64,000 nt of DNA from Candidatus Culexmicrobium cathedralense (GTDB lineage Archaea > Thermoproteota > Methanomethylicia > Culexarchaeales > Culexmicrobiaceae): contig JANZKC010000001.1 in the NCBI GenBank assembly GCA_025061115.1, positions 448,001 through 512,000 of the forward strand, written 5' to 3'. Position 1 is the first letter of the stretch. Every line of letters begins with the position of its first letter. The notes under the pieces were generated by a model that saw nothing but the letters and a program-made list of their open reading frames with translations, did no database searches and was not told the DNA's origin. The translations under genes and the position numbers were made by a program. This document shows, in pieces, positions 28,742 through 38,058 of this stretch.

Positions 28742-28815
28742 CAAGCGAAGTCATACGCGTATAACCTAACTTAAATAAGGAAAATAAGTGAAAATAGCTA
28801 GCGAGTGGTGAAACG

Positions 28816-30027
28816 GTGAGGAAAGCCCGCCTTCACTTCATGCTAATAACAATTTTAATTGTAATTTTAACAGCCAACTCGACAGTCGCCCTTACAGCTA
28901 AATCAATCTCTCAAAAATATGTCGTCGGCTACGAAATAACAATCGTAAATGAAGGAAACAAAACCTACCCACTAGAAGACATGGAAAAATTGACTTTAAT
29001 ACCAGAAGACAATCATCAAAAGCTGATTTCAGTCACGCTTAAAATCAATGGAAATGAAGTAGACTGGAAATTCGCGGGCATTAACGATGAAGGAAACTGG
29101 GAGATAGAAATATTAAATCCACCGGAAAACCTACCACCAAACTCACGAATAAGCCTAGAAACTCAATTCGAAGTTGAAATTTCGCAGCTAAGCCCTCCAA
29201 CCATAAGCGTGGAAGAATCTGGAGACATCAGCGACATCCCTCAAAACCTAGTAAGGCAGTACTGCAAAATGGAGGGGATCTGGGCCAAAAGCGCGAATGC
29301 GAGCTTACTAGCCAACAGGCTGAAGGGAAATGAAACAAATATTTTGAAAATAGTATTCAAATTCATCAAGTGGATTGAAAACAACATCAAATACCCAATG
29401 GGATTAACCCCCAAGTTACCAACATATCCAGACGAAACAATAGCCTTAGGAGAGGGAGACTGCGATGACCAAGCAAATCTACTAGTTGCAATGTGCAGAT
29501 CAATAGGAATACCAGCGTACACTCAACTATCATTCCTATACATGAAGGGAGAGGAGCCGGTGCGAAGAACCCTTCTAGAAGGACGCTTAACAATTGAAGC
29601 AGTAAACGTCGCTGGACATGGATGGGCAGTTATCTACGTCCCGCCATGGGGATGGATACCGGTGGACATGACGTACTTTGAGGGCGAAAAGCTGGTTTCA
29701 GGGAGGATAATTAGCATAAATATAGAGGATCACATACGGGGAGCAGCATTATTCCACGTCGCAGCCCTAGTAACAGAAAACATCGTGAAGAGCGATTACA
29801 TTAAAGAACTCAAAGAATGGATGAGCGAACTCAAAGAGTACAATTTAAAATGGAGCGAAAAATATTACATGCTAATTAAGGAGCCCAAAAAACCTAGAGA
29901 TGGCATGATAATTGCATCAGCAATCGGCCTCATAGCTCTAACATCAGCAACCTTCGCAGTGTACTTTTACGTGAAGAAAAGAAGAACAACAAGCTTAGCG
30001 CCAACAACAATTAATAAGGTGAATTAG
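28816..30027 (+). CDS. Secreted, membrane-anchored transglutaminase-like (Cys-His-Asp) protein
   Basis: Signal peptide; GDCDDQANLLVAMCRSIGIPA, GHGW, WIPVD; C-terminal TM followed by KKRR. Confidence 0.85.
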   Translation: MRKARLHFMLITILIVILTANSTVALTAKSISQKYVVGYEITIVNEGNKTYPLEDMEKLTLIPEDNHQKLISVTLKINGNEVDWKFAGINDEGNWEIEILNPPENLPPNSRISLETQFEVEISQLSPPTISVEESGDISDIPQNLVRQYCKMEGIWAKSANASLLANRLKGNETNILKIVFKFIKWIENNIKYPMGLTPKLPTYPDETIALGEGDCDDQANLLVAMCRSIGIPAYTQLSFLYMKGEEPVRRTLLEGRLTIEAVNVAGHGWAVIYVPPWGWIPVDMTYFEGEKLVSGRIISINIEDHIRGAALFHVAALVTENIVKSDYIKELKEWMSELKEYNLKWSEKYYMLIKEPKKPRDGMIIASAIGLIALTSATFAVYFYVKKRRTTSLAPTTINKVN

Positions 30028-30043
30028 GTCAAAATAATACGGT

Positions 30044-30571
30044 GTGACCATGGATTTATTCGAAGCTATTAAAGGCAGGAGGAGCATTAGGAGATTCGTA
30101 AGAAAAGAGGTGCCGGAAGAGCATGTAAAACGAATTTTAGAAGCAGCCATCTGGGCGCCCTCAGCAGGTAATCTTCAACCCTGGGAGTTCATCATCATAA
30201 GAGATGAAAAAGTGAAGACTGAAATTGCAAGAGCAGCCCTAGGTCAAATGTGGATCACAGAAGCACCCGTAGTAGTTGTTGTATGCGCAAATGAGCTTAG
30301 AAGCGCAAGACACTACGGGGAAAGAGGAAGAAGCCTATACTGCATCCAAGATACGGCAGCAGCCACTCAAAACATGCTATTAGCAGCACACGCACTTGGC
30401 TATGGAACTTGCTGGGTTGGAGCATTCCTGGAGAATGAAGTTAAGCAAGTACTAAATCTACCAGAACACGTCCGCCCAGTAGCAATCATACCCATAGGAG
30501 TCCCAGGAGAGAAGCCAGCTCCAAGACCTAGAATTCCACTCAACCAAGTAGTACACTACGAAAAGTACTAG
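30044..30571 (+). CDS. Nitroreductase family protein
   Basis: RRSIRRF, APSAGNLQPWEF, QNMLLAAHALGYGTCWVG. Confidence 0.93.
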   Translation: MTMDLFEAIKGRRSIRRFVRKEVPEEHVKRILEAAIWAPSAGNLQPWEFIIIRDEKVKTEIARAALGQMWITEAPVVVVVCANELRSARHYGERGRSLYCIQDTAAATQNMLLAAHALGYGTCWVGAFLENEVKQVLNLPEHVRPVAIIPIGVPGEKPAPRPRIPLNQVVHYEKY

Positions 30572-30584
30572 ACTACTCACTTGC

Positions 30585-30800
30585 TAGAGACCTGGAGCAC
30601 TATGGTAACTATGGAAACTTTGTGTTCATAAACTCGAGAACTGAATTAATTTCGGAAGTCATCATGCATTCGCTGAGGATGGCAAACCCTTAACTTGCAA
30701 CCTGTGATGCGCGGGGATGCAGTTCTCAATGGACCCCCAACAAATGAAGGAATGTTACAGGAAAGCCCGTGAAAGCTATCAAAGTTCCACAGTATCCAAA
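30585..30800 (+). pseudogene. Possible decayed remnant of a 4Fe-4S dicluster protein gene
   Basis: Fragments in shifting frames: GALW/YGNFVFIN, FG-VIM, EDGKPLTCNL*C, DPQ..EC, PVKAIK. Confidence 0.3.
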
Positions 30801-30829
30801 AGATAAAACGCATGCAACATGCCATCGAC

Positions 30830-30899
30830 CAGTATTCGAAGCGTATTCGCCCAGTATTCTCCCAAGATAATTTACAAAAGTAAATTCATAAAGGCAATA
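30830..30899 (+). repeat. Copy B of ~70-bp inverted repeat / duplicated promoter module
   Basis: GTATTC at 30832, 30843 and 30854 (11-bp period); palindrome AATTTAC-AAAA-GTAAATT; TTCATAAA at 30885-30892; 30 bp identical to copy A. Confidence 0.9.
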
Positions 30900-30933
30900 C
30901 TTCTAAAGCACATTAGAATTAAAAGGTAAAAGC

Positions 30934-32262
30934 ATGCAAACAAGTAGCGCAGCTGAAACCAAAACACTCACAAGTAAAGTCAACATCCACAAAAAATTAG
31001 CAAGAAAGGTAGTAGGAGACATAGGAAATTGGAGAGAAATGGCCATTTTCACCTATGAAAACACAATACTAAAGAAATTCAGAGTAATTCCAGAAATACT
31101 GGCACTAGCAATAGCACACGAAGCCTGGAGACAGCGAAAAACGCGCTCGATAGTAATACTAAATACAAATCACATTGACCCAGACGTAGCTCTAGAGATT
31201 ATCGATGAATTTGAAAGCCCTCCATCAATATTCGAATTCGGAATTGAAAACATCAGCTTCAATACTCTTCCCAGAATTAAAATAAGCTTCGAAAGGCTGA
31301 AAACGCGAGGAGAAATTCTTGGAAAAATAATTAAAGGCATTGCCCCCGAAAAAAACCACAAAATCAGCGAACAACAATTCGAAAAAGTGGAGAGCGTAAA
31401 TGAGCTCAGCGAACTCTTAATTAAAACCTTAAAGCCCCCAAGCATTAGCGAGATTCTGGAAGATAAACTTCGTCAAAATAAGAATAAAGGGAAGTTGACG
31501 ACAGTAGCACAAGCAGTAGGAATTATAGGAGGACTCATTTTCCAGCCGCTGGCAGTAGCTCCACATGGATTAAAGATGGTTCAAGAACTCGTAAAAGCAA
31601 TCCAAAACGGAAAGGAAATGCATTATAAGGACTGGGAAAAAGCAATTGAAAAGGGATTTAGCGCAGAAAAGGTAAAGCAAATAGTAGACCTGAGAGGTAT
31701 GACACCTCTTGTAGAGGGAATAGAGGATAGCGGATGGGCAGTAGTTCTAAACACAACTGCAGAAACCATGTACGAGCCACTATCCCTATACATGACTTGG
31801 AATGCCATAGAAACAGTTTCAAGAGAACTTGGAGAAGCACTTGGAGTCCTAGCTGATGGAGATAGCCTCATACAGATTCCAGCAGCAGGAGAGGTAATTA
31901 GAGAACTAGTGGAGAGTGAAATGAGTATTAGACTAGCATACATATTCAGGTGCAAAGGCAGAAAACACCCTGAAAATATAATGCACATAAAAAAGTACAT
32001 AAGCGATAGAGTCGTCATATTCGACATGCCAACTCAAATGCTAGCAAAGCTGTTTGAAAACGAAAGCGCCACATCAACTGCCATTCTAACCAAAAACCTG
32101 CTAGAGGTAGTCAAAGCAGAAAAGCGCGGAGAAATAGCATTCACCTCAAGAAACTTCGGCTATAAGGGCCGCTGGAAAGTCGAAAAAGTGGCTTTGGAAA
32201 CAGGATTCAAAGCAAGATTGAAGCGAATCATAATAAAGATAATTGAATTACTAAACATTTAA
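30934..32262 (+). CDS. Hypothetical protein (possible inactive HerA/VirB4-like ATPase fold)
   Basis: 442 aa ORF; strand order resembles P-loop ATPases but no Walker A. Confidence 0.6.
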   Translation: MQTSSAAETKTLTSKVNIHKKLARKVVGDIGNWREMAIFTYENTILKKFRVIPEILALAIAHEAWRQRKTRSIVILNTNHIDPDVALEIIDEFESPPSIFEFGIENISFNTLPRIKISFERLKTRGEILGKIIKGIAPEKNHKISEQQFEKVESVNELSELLIKTLKPPSISEILEDKLRQNKNKGKLTTVAQAVGIIGGLIFQPLAVAPHGLKMVQELVKAIQNGKEMHYKDWEKAIEKGFSAEKVKQIVDLRGMTPLVEGIEDSGWAVVLNTTAETMYEPLSLYMTWNAIETVSRELGEALGVLADGDSLIQIPAAGEVIRELVESEMSIRLAYIFRCKGRKHPENIMHIKKYISDRVVIFDMPTQMLAKLFENESATSTAILTKNLLEVVKAEKRGEIAFTSRNFGYKGRWKVEKVALETGFKARLKRIIIKIIELLNI

Positions 32263-32901
32263 TATTTCAAGCAGATCTGCAACACTTTCAATAACCACGT
32301 CAGCACCACACTTCACGAGCTTCTCAGCAGGCATCAATCCAGTAAGCACCCCAACAACAAGCTTTGCACCCACCTCCTTACCGGAAATAATGTCAGCCCA
32401 ATAATCTCCAACCACAACACACTCTTCGATGGAAACCCCTAAAAGCTCAGCTGCTCTACGCAAAATACGCTTCTTCGAGAAAAGTTCACCATCCAAAAAG
32501 TTCTTGCCAGTTACAATGCAATCCACGTAGGCTTCCATACCATACATTCTAAGCTCCCTCCAGACCTCCAGCTCATCAACAGCCCTACCAGTAACCACTG
32601 CCACTTTAAAGCCGCGCCTCTTCAAAGCCCTCAAGACTTCAATAGCTCCTGGAATTGGAGAATCCAATGGAGAGAAAAGCTCATTATACCTCTTCAGAAA
32701 AATCCTCCAAAAAACCTCTCTAGAAATGCTTTTAGGAACAAATTCGTCGAGAGCATCATCAGCATAATACTTGACGAAAACGCTCCACTCAAGCTCCTTC
32801 TCACCATAATCCCTAAGGAGCCTATTCAAAACCTCGAAGAAGCGCCTCAACGTATACACAAGAGTCTGATCCAAATCGAAGATCACAGCCTTCATGCACA
32901 T
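32251..32901 (-). CDS. HAD-superfamily hydrolase (phosphoglycolate phosphatase-like)
   Basis: VIFDLDQTL, VVTGR, VVGD..ADI. Confidence 0.9.
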   Translation of the reverse strand: MCMKAVIFDLDQTLVYTLRRFFEVLNRLLRDYGEKELEWSVFVKYYADDALDEFVPKSISREVFWRIFLKRYNELFSPLDSPIPGAIEVLRALKRRGFKVAVVTGRAVDELEVWRELRMYGMEAYVDCIVTGKNFLDGELFSKKRILRRAAELLGVSIEECVVVGDYWADIISGKEVGAKLVVGVLTGLMPAEKLVKCGADVVIESVADLLEILNV

Positions 32902-32962
32902 AACCTCAAAGCAAAATTTTTCAAAAAATACGGAAATTTAAGTTTAGCTCTTCGGTGAAAAC

Positions 32963-33277
32963 ATGAAGGACAAATGGCAAACAGGAATCCTAGTAATATG
33001 CTGGCTTAAGAATCCCAGCAAACTAACAAGAAGAAAAGTCATCTCTGCACTCATAGATGAGCAAACTGGAAATTTAAAATTCCTAAAAGCAGTGAAGTCA
33101 AACCTAGTGATCTACGCCGCTAGGAACATGAAGTCAAATGAAGTTGAAAAAAGAGCTGAAAAAGCACTGACACTGAAATTTAAGGTTCCAGTTAAAGTTG
33201 AAGCCCTACCAACATTAACGCTAACCAAAGCACTTAATGAAGCCCTAATAGCTTATAAGGAGCTAAAATCTAGGTGA
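32963..33277 (+). CDS. Hypothetical protein
   Basis: GGTGA RBS; first gene of an overlapping operon. Confidence 0.55.
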   Translation: MKDKWQTGILVICWLKNPSKLTRRKVISALIDEQTGNLKFLKAVKSNLVIYAARNMKSNEVEKRAEKALTLKFKVPVKVEALPTLTLTKALNEALIAYKELKSR

Positions 33278-33291
33278 AACTGGGAAATGAA

Positions 33292-33534
33292 ATGCCAACA
33301 ATAATAGTAAATTCAAAGTACTGTAAGGGCTGCGGAATATGCGTTGAAATGTGCCCCGCAAAGGTATTCGAACTTTCCAAGGAAATTAATGAAAAAGGCT
33401 ACCACCAAGCAATACCAGTGAAACAGGACAAATGCACGCTATGCCACCTATGTGAACTCTACTGCCCAGACCAAGCAATCACCATAATAGGAGAGGGAGA
33501 AATTGAAAGAGGAGGAGCTAAAGCAACTCGCTGA
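33292..33534 (+). CDS. 2x[4Fe-4S] ferredoxin (2-oxoacid oxidoreductase delta-like)
   Basis: CKGCGICVEMCP and CTLCHLCELYCPDQAI. Confidence 0.9.
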   Translation: MPTIIVNSKYCKGCGICVEMCPAKVFELSKEINEKGYHQAIPVKQDKCTLCHLCELYCPDQAITIIGEGEIERGGAKATR

Positions 33535-34048
33535 AGCCAAGAAAACCCTAACAAGCCTAATAAAGAAACTTGAAAAGGAACTTGAACTACTTCAAGCATG
33601 CATATCCATAGTCGACCAAGCACTCATCAAAAGAAGCTTCACAACCGCAGAAAAACTGATTGAGCGCGAAAAGCCCAAGAAGGAAATCGTTGAATTAGAG
33701 TGGAAGGAACTCCCCCCAATAGCTTACCGCATAGGTAGAAGCGAGGTAACCCTAGCAAGAGTATATGAAAAAGACAAAGACTTACGAATTGTCCCAAAAA
33801 TAAAATTCAACATCAACACACCTCCCTTCGAGTCATTCCTCATCAAAAGAGTACTGGAAAAAATGAAGGAAAAAGATGCTGAATTAGCACTACCACCAGA
33901 CAAGGCCATCGACTTTGAAGTTAAACTTGACGGAGACATAATAAAGGAGTTAATCATCAAAAACATTATGGACGAAGACAGAAAAGTAAGCATTAGAAAC
34001 GCTGCAAAATGGACCTTCGCCAGAATGTATGAAAAGCTTTTGAGGTGA
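33503..34048 (+). CDS. Conserved hypothetical coiled-coil protein (paralogue of 14478-14942)
   Basis: N-terminal coiled coil, SFTTA, TPPFESFLIKRVL..MK.KD, AKWTFARM. Confidence 0.75.
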   Translation: MKEEELKQLAEAKKTLTSLIKKLEKELELLQACISIVDQALIKRSFTTAEKLIEREKPKKEIVELEWKELPPIAYRIGRSEVTLARVYEKDKDLRIVPKIKFNINTPPFESFLIKRVLEKMKEKDAELALPPDKAIDFEVKLDGDIIKELIIKNIMDEDRKVSIRNAAKWTFARMYEKLLR

Positions 34049-35109
34049 AATCCATGCTCCCAACATTAAAGCAAAATGAAATGTATCTAAAGGCCATTGA
34101 AACGCCAAAACACTTGGAAAGAGCTCTAAACCAGCTAGAAATTCAAGGCATGGTTGAGGGAGAAGTAGATAACATCGTCATAGCTGGAATGGGCGGATCT
34201 GGAGTTATAGGAAACATAATTCTAGACTGGCTTGAAGACAGCTCCCCAATTCCAATAATCACTTGGAAGAACTACGGTCTACCCGCATGGGCAGACACCA
34301 AAACATATGTTCTAGCAATAAGCTACTCAGGAAATACCGAAGAAGTAATATCAGCAGTAGCAGAGGCCCTGAAAAGAAAATGCAAATTAACACTCATAAC
34401 AAGCAATGGAATCCTCGAGAACCTCGCATCCTCAAGGAAAATACCAATAATAAGAATACCAAAAGGATACCAACCGAGAGAAGCCCTACCATACCTACTA
34501 ACAGCAGCAATAATCGCACTAGACAACCTCGAAATCATAGGAAATTGGCGCGAGGAAATGCAAAAAACCATAGAAACGCTGAAGCGCATAAAAGAAGAAC
34601 TTGAAAACAAACCTGAAATAGCAAGGCAAATTGCAGAGAAAATAAAAGACCACCAAGCAATCATATACGCTTACAAGCCCTTAAGAGGAGCAGCCCTAAG
34701 ATTTAAGCAACAACTAAATGAAAACGGCAAAAGCTGGGCTAAAGTAGAAATCATCCCCGAAGCAGGACACAACGAAATAGTAGGATGGAGAGCCGAGAAA
34801 AACTCGCTAACAAACTTAAAAGCCATATTCATTAGGGATGTATTTGAAAGCAAGATGATGAACGCAAGAATAAGTGCATTTAAAGAGGAAATTGAAAGGG
34901 CTGGAGTTGAGGCAATCGACATCAAGGCTAGGGGGCGAGAAGTATTAAGCAGAATAATGTCGGTCATCTACCTGTGCGATCTAACCTCAATATACCTAGC
35001 TTTAATAAAGGGAGTTGACCCATCAAACATCGAGCCAATCAAAAACTTAAAGGAAAAAATCAAATCCACGGGGTATCTGCAGGAGCTCATGAAGCAGTTA
35101 GAATATTGA
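34045..35109 (+). CDS. Bifunctional phosphoglucose/phosphomannose isomerase
   Basis: GMGGSG, SYSGNTEE, QPREA, RFKQQLNENGK, PEAGHNEI. Confidence 0.92.
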   Translation: MKSMLPTLKQNEMYLKAIETPKHLERALNQLEIQGMVEGEVDNIVIAGMGGSGVIGNIILDWLEDSSPIPIITWKNYGLPAWADTKTYVLAISYSGNTEEVISAVAEALKRKCKLTLITSNGILENLASSRKIPIIRIPKGYQPREALPYLLTAAIIALDNLEIIGNWREEMQKTIETLKRIKEELENKPEIARQIAEKIKDHQAIIYAYKPLRGAALRFKQQLNENGKSWAKVEIIPEAGHNEIVGWRAEKNSLTNLKAIFIRDVFESKMMNARISAFKEEIERAGVEAIDIKARGREVLSRIMSVIYLCDLTSIYLALIKGVDPSNIEPIKNLKEKIKSTGYLQELMKQLEY

Positions 35110-35166
35110 TAGCCATAAATATTAATCTTTATAAATATAACTTAGCAAAACTATAATGGTGATTAC

Positions 35167-36201
35167 ATGCCAAAGCCAATAGTAAAGGTAGGCGTAAATG
35201 GCTATGGAGTTATAGGTAAGCGCGTCGCCGACGCAATATCAATTCAAGACGATATGAAGCTAATCGGAATCTCAGACATAGCTTCCGACTGGAGAGTGAA
35301 AATGGCAGCTAAAAAGAATTACTCAATCTACTGCTCTATCCCCGAAAAAATCGAGGAAATGAAGAATGCGGGAATCGAAGTTGAAGGAACGCTTGAAGAC
35401 CTACTAAAGCAAGTCGACGTAATAATTGACTGCACCCCCAAAAACATTGGAGCCAAAAACAAGTCCATATACGAGAAATTCGGAGTCAAAGCAGTGTTTC
35501 AGGGAGGAGAAAAGCATGAAGTTGCAGGAGTAAGCTTCGTTGCCCAGTGCAACTATGAAGAAGCACTTGGAAAACAATTCGTAAGAGTAGTAAGCTGCAA
35601 TACAACCGCCCTATGCAGAGTGCTGGGAGCAATTAAAAATGAAATTGGAATTAAAAAGGCAAGAGCATTCATAGTGAGAAGAGCAGTAGACGTATGGGAA
35701 AGCGGCAAAAGTGGCATAATGAACACCGTAGTACCCACAATGGGAATAAGCCACCACGCCCCAGACGTTAAAACCGTCCTCCACGACTTAGACATAGTAA
35801 GCATGGCAGTTAAAGCATCCCACAACCTATTCCACCTCCACTTCTGCCTAGTTGAAGCGGAAAAGAACGTTGAAGCTGGAGAGGTCATAGAGGCTTTAGA
35901 AAAAGCTCCAAGAATAGCATTTGTCAGCACACAAGATGGAATCGATGGACTGCACGCAGTTTTCGAACTAGGACGAGACCTAGGTAGAAGCCGCGGAGAC
36001 ATCTACGAAATACCAGTTTGGAGAGACAGCATCACAGTAATTGGAAATGAAGTATACGTAGCTTGGAGCACTCCCAATGAAAGCAATGTAATTCCAGAAA
36101 ATGTGGATGCAGTTAGAGCCATAATGGAAGTAGAGGAGGATTGGCGCAAAAGCGTTGAGAAAACCGATAAAGCGCTAGGAATAATTAAGAAGTTCTACTA
36201 A
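35167..36201 (+). CDS. gap: Type II (archaeal) glyceraldehyde-3-phosphate dehydrogenase
   Basis: NGYGVIGKRVADA, DCTP, FQGGEK, RVVSCNTT, SHH.PDV, VIPENVDA. Confidence 0.96.
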   Translation: MPKPIVKVGVNGYGVIGKRVADAISIQDDMKLIGISDIASDWRVKMAAKKNYSIYCSIPEKIEEMKNAGIEVEGTLEDLLKQVDVIIDCTPKNIGAKNKSIYEKFGVKAVFQGGEKHEVAGVSFVAQCNYEEALGKQFVRVVSCNTTALCRVLGAIKNEIGIKKARAFIVRRAVDVWESGKSGIMNTVVPTMGISHHAPDVKTVLHDLDIVSMAVKASHNLFHLHFCLVEAEKNVEAGEVIEALEKAPRIAFVSTQDGIDGLHAVFELGRDLGRSRGDIYEIPVWRDSITVIGNEVYVAWSTPNESNVIPENVDAVRAIMEVEEDWRKSVEKTDKALGIIKKFY

Positions 36202-36274
36202 ATATCTTAATTCCCAATTTTTCACTTAAGCAAGATTTAATTCTCCGGACATTAAAGTGATTTAGTGATCAGCC

Positions 36275-38056
36275 TTGGAATACTCGGCAATCGTAGATGT
36301 TTATGAAAAAATTGAAGCAACTACAAAAAGGCTTGAAATGACAGATTTACTTGTAAGCCTACTAAGCAAAACCCCGAAAGAAATCATAGACAAGGTGATT
36401 TACTTAACCCAAGGAAAGCTCTACCCAGATTACGTAGGTATTGAGCTTGGAGTTGCAGAAAAGCTTGCAATGCGTGCACTAGCACTAGCAACTGGATTAC
36501 CATTAAGGGAAATTGAAAGCGAGCTCAAAAGAACAGGGGATATTGGAACAGCGGCAGAAATATCCTTAAAGCGTAGGAAAACTAAAACTTTAATGGAGTT
36601 TTTCGGAGCCCCAGCCAAAGTTGAAAGGCTATCAGTCCAAAACGTCTACAGCACACTTGAAAGAATAGCCAAAGCGGCAGGCGAGGGATCTCAAGAAACA
36701 AAAATAAAACTACTAGTAAGCCTGTTGCGAAGAGCCTCGCCAAAGGAAGCCAAGTACCTGCTTAGAACGGTTACTGGAAAATTGAGGCTAGGAATAGCTG
36801 ACATGACAATACTGGATGCACTGGCAATAGCATTTTGCAAAACCAAGGAGGTAAGGCCAATTATTGAAAGAGCCTACAACATATCTTCGGATTTAGGTGC
36901 AGTAGCTAAAGCACTAGCATATGAAGGAATTGAGGGCGTAAAGAAGTTTAAGATAACCGTTGGAAGGCCAATTAGGCCCATGCTCGCTGAAAGGTTATCT
37001 TCACCCCAAGAAATTCTCGAAAAGCTCGGCGGAAAATGCGCTGCAGAGTACAAGTACGATGGGGAGAGAATACAGGCACACAAGAAAGCTGATGAAGTGA
37101 TTCTCTTCTCAAGAAGACTCGAAAACATCACCCATCACTATCCAGACGCCTGCGAACTCATAAGAAGCAATATTAAAGCTGAAGAGGCAATAGTGGAGGG
37201 CGAATGCGTAGCAATAAATCCGGAGACTGGCGAAATGCAGCCATTTCAGGAATTAATGCACAGAAGAAGGAAGTACGGAATTGAGGAAGCCATGAAGCTA
37301 TATCCAGTTACGCTGTTCATGTTCGACGCCCTATACGTTGATGGAGAAGACTTAACCCTAAAACCATATCCGCAAAGGAGGGAAATTCTAAGTAAAATAG
37401 TTGAAGAAGGAGAGAGAATTAAGCTTTCAAACTTCAGGATAGTCGATAACGCTAAAGAATTAGAAGAATTCTTCCTCGAGGCAGTGGAAGAAGGATGTGA
37501 AGGCCTCGTCTGCAAATCCCTAAATCCAGACTCAATTTATCAGGCAGGCTCAAGAGGGTGGCTTTGGATCAAGTACAAGAGAGACTACAAGTCCGAAATG
37601 ACGGACACCGTCGACCTAGTGGTGGTGGGAGCATTCTGGGGTAAAGGTAGAAGAGCAGGAACCTATGGAGCACTATTAATGGCAGCCTACGACCCAAGCG
37701 CAGATATGTTCCGAACCATATGCAAAGTAGGCAGCGGATTCACCGATGAAGACTTAAGGAAGCTGCCAGAAATCCTTGAACCATACAGGATACCCCACAT
37801 CCATCCAAGAGTCGACTCAAAAATAGAGGCAGACGTGTGGTTTGTGCCTGCAGTGGTGCTTGAAATAATAGGAGCAGAAATCACGCTAAGCCCACTTCAC
37901 ACATGCGGGTTAAATGCAATAAGAGAGGGAGCAGGACTCGCAATAAGATTCCCGAGATTCACAGGCAGGTATAGAACCGACAAGAAACCTGAAGACGCAA
38001 CGACAATCAAAGAAATAATTGAAATGTACAAAGCACAGCTCAAGAAATTCGCGTAG
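36275..38056 (+). CDS. lig: ATP-dependent DNA ligase
   Basis: EYKYDGER, EGLVCK, WIKYKRDY, DLVVVGA, IRFPRF. Confidence 0.97.
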   Translation: MEYSAIVDVYEKIEATTKRLEMTDLLVSLLSKTPKEIIDKVIYLTQGKLYPDYVGIELGVAEKLAMRALALATGLPLREIESELKRTGDIGTAAEISLKRRKTKTLMEFFGAPAKVERLSVQNVYSTLERIAKAAGEGSQETKIKLLVSLLRRASPKEAKYLLRTVTGKLRLGIADMTILDALAIAFCKTKEVRPIIERAYNISSDLGAVAKALAYEGIEGVKKFKITVGRPIRPMLAERLSSPQEILEKLGGKCAAEYKYDGERIQAHKKADEVILFSRRLENITHHYPDACELIRSNIKAEEAIVEGECVAINPETGEMQPFQELMHRRRKYGIEEAMKLYPVTLFMFDALYVDGEDLTLKPYPQRREILSKIVEEGERIKLSNFRIVDNAKELEEFFLEAVEEGCEGLVCKSLNPDSIYQAGSRGWLWIKYKRDYKSEMTDTVDLVVVGAFWGKGRRAGTYGALLMAAYDPSADMFRTICKVGSGFTDEDLRKLPEILEPYRIPHIHPRVDSKIEADVWFVPAVVLEIIGAEITLSPLHTCGLNAIREGAGLAIRFPRFTGRYRTDKKPEDATTIKEIIEMYKAQLKKFA

Positions 38057-38058
38057 TA

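Noticed and set aside
30695-30710. In-frame TGA in CNL*C read as selenocysteine
   Set aside because: No start codon or continuous frame, flanking similarity needs frameshifts, and no SECIS was seen; decay is simpler
28673-30899. Non-autonomous transposon bounded by terminal inverted repeats
   Set aside because: No target-site duplication or transposase was seen, and the cargo looks native; kept only as a regulatory or inversion hypothesis
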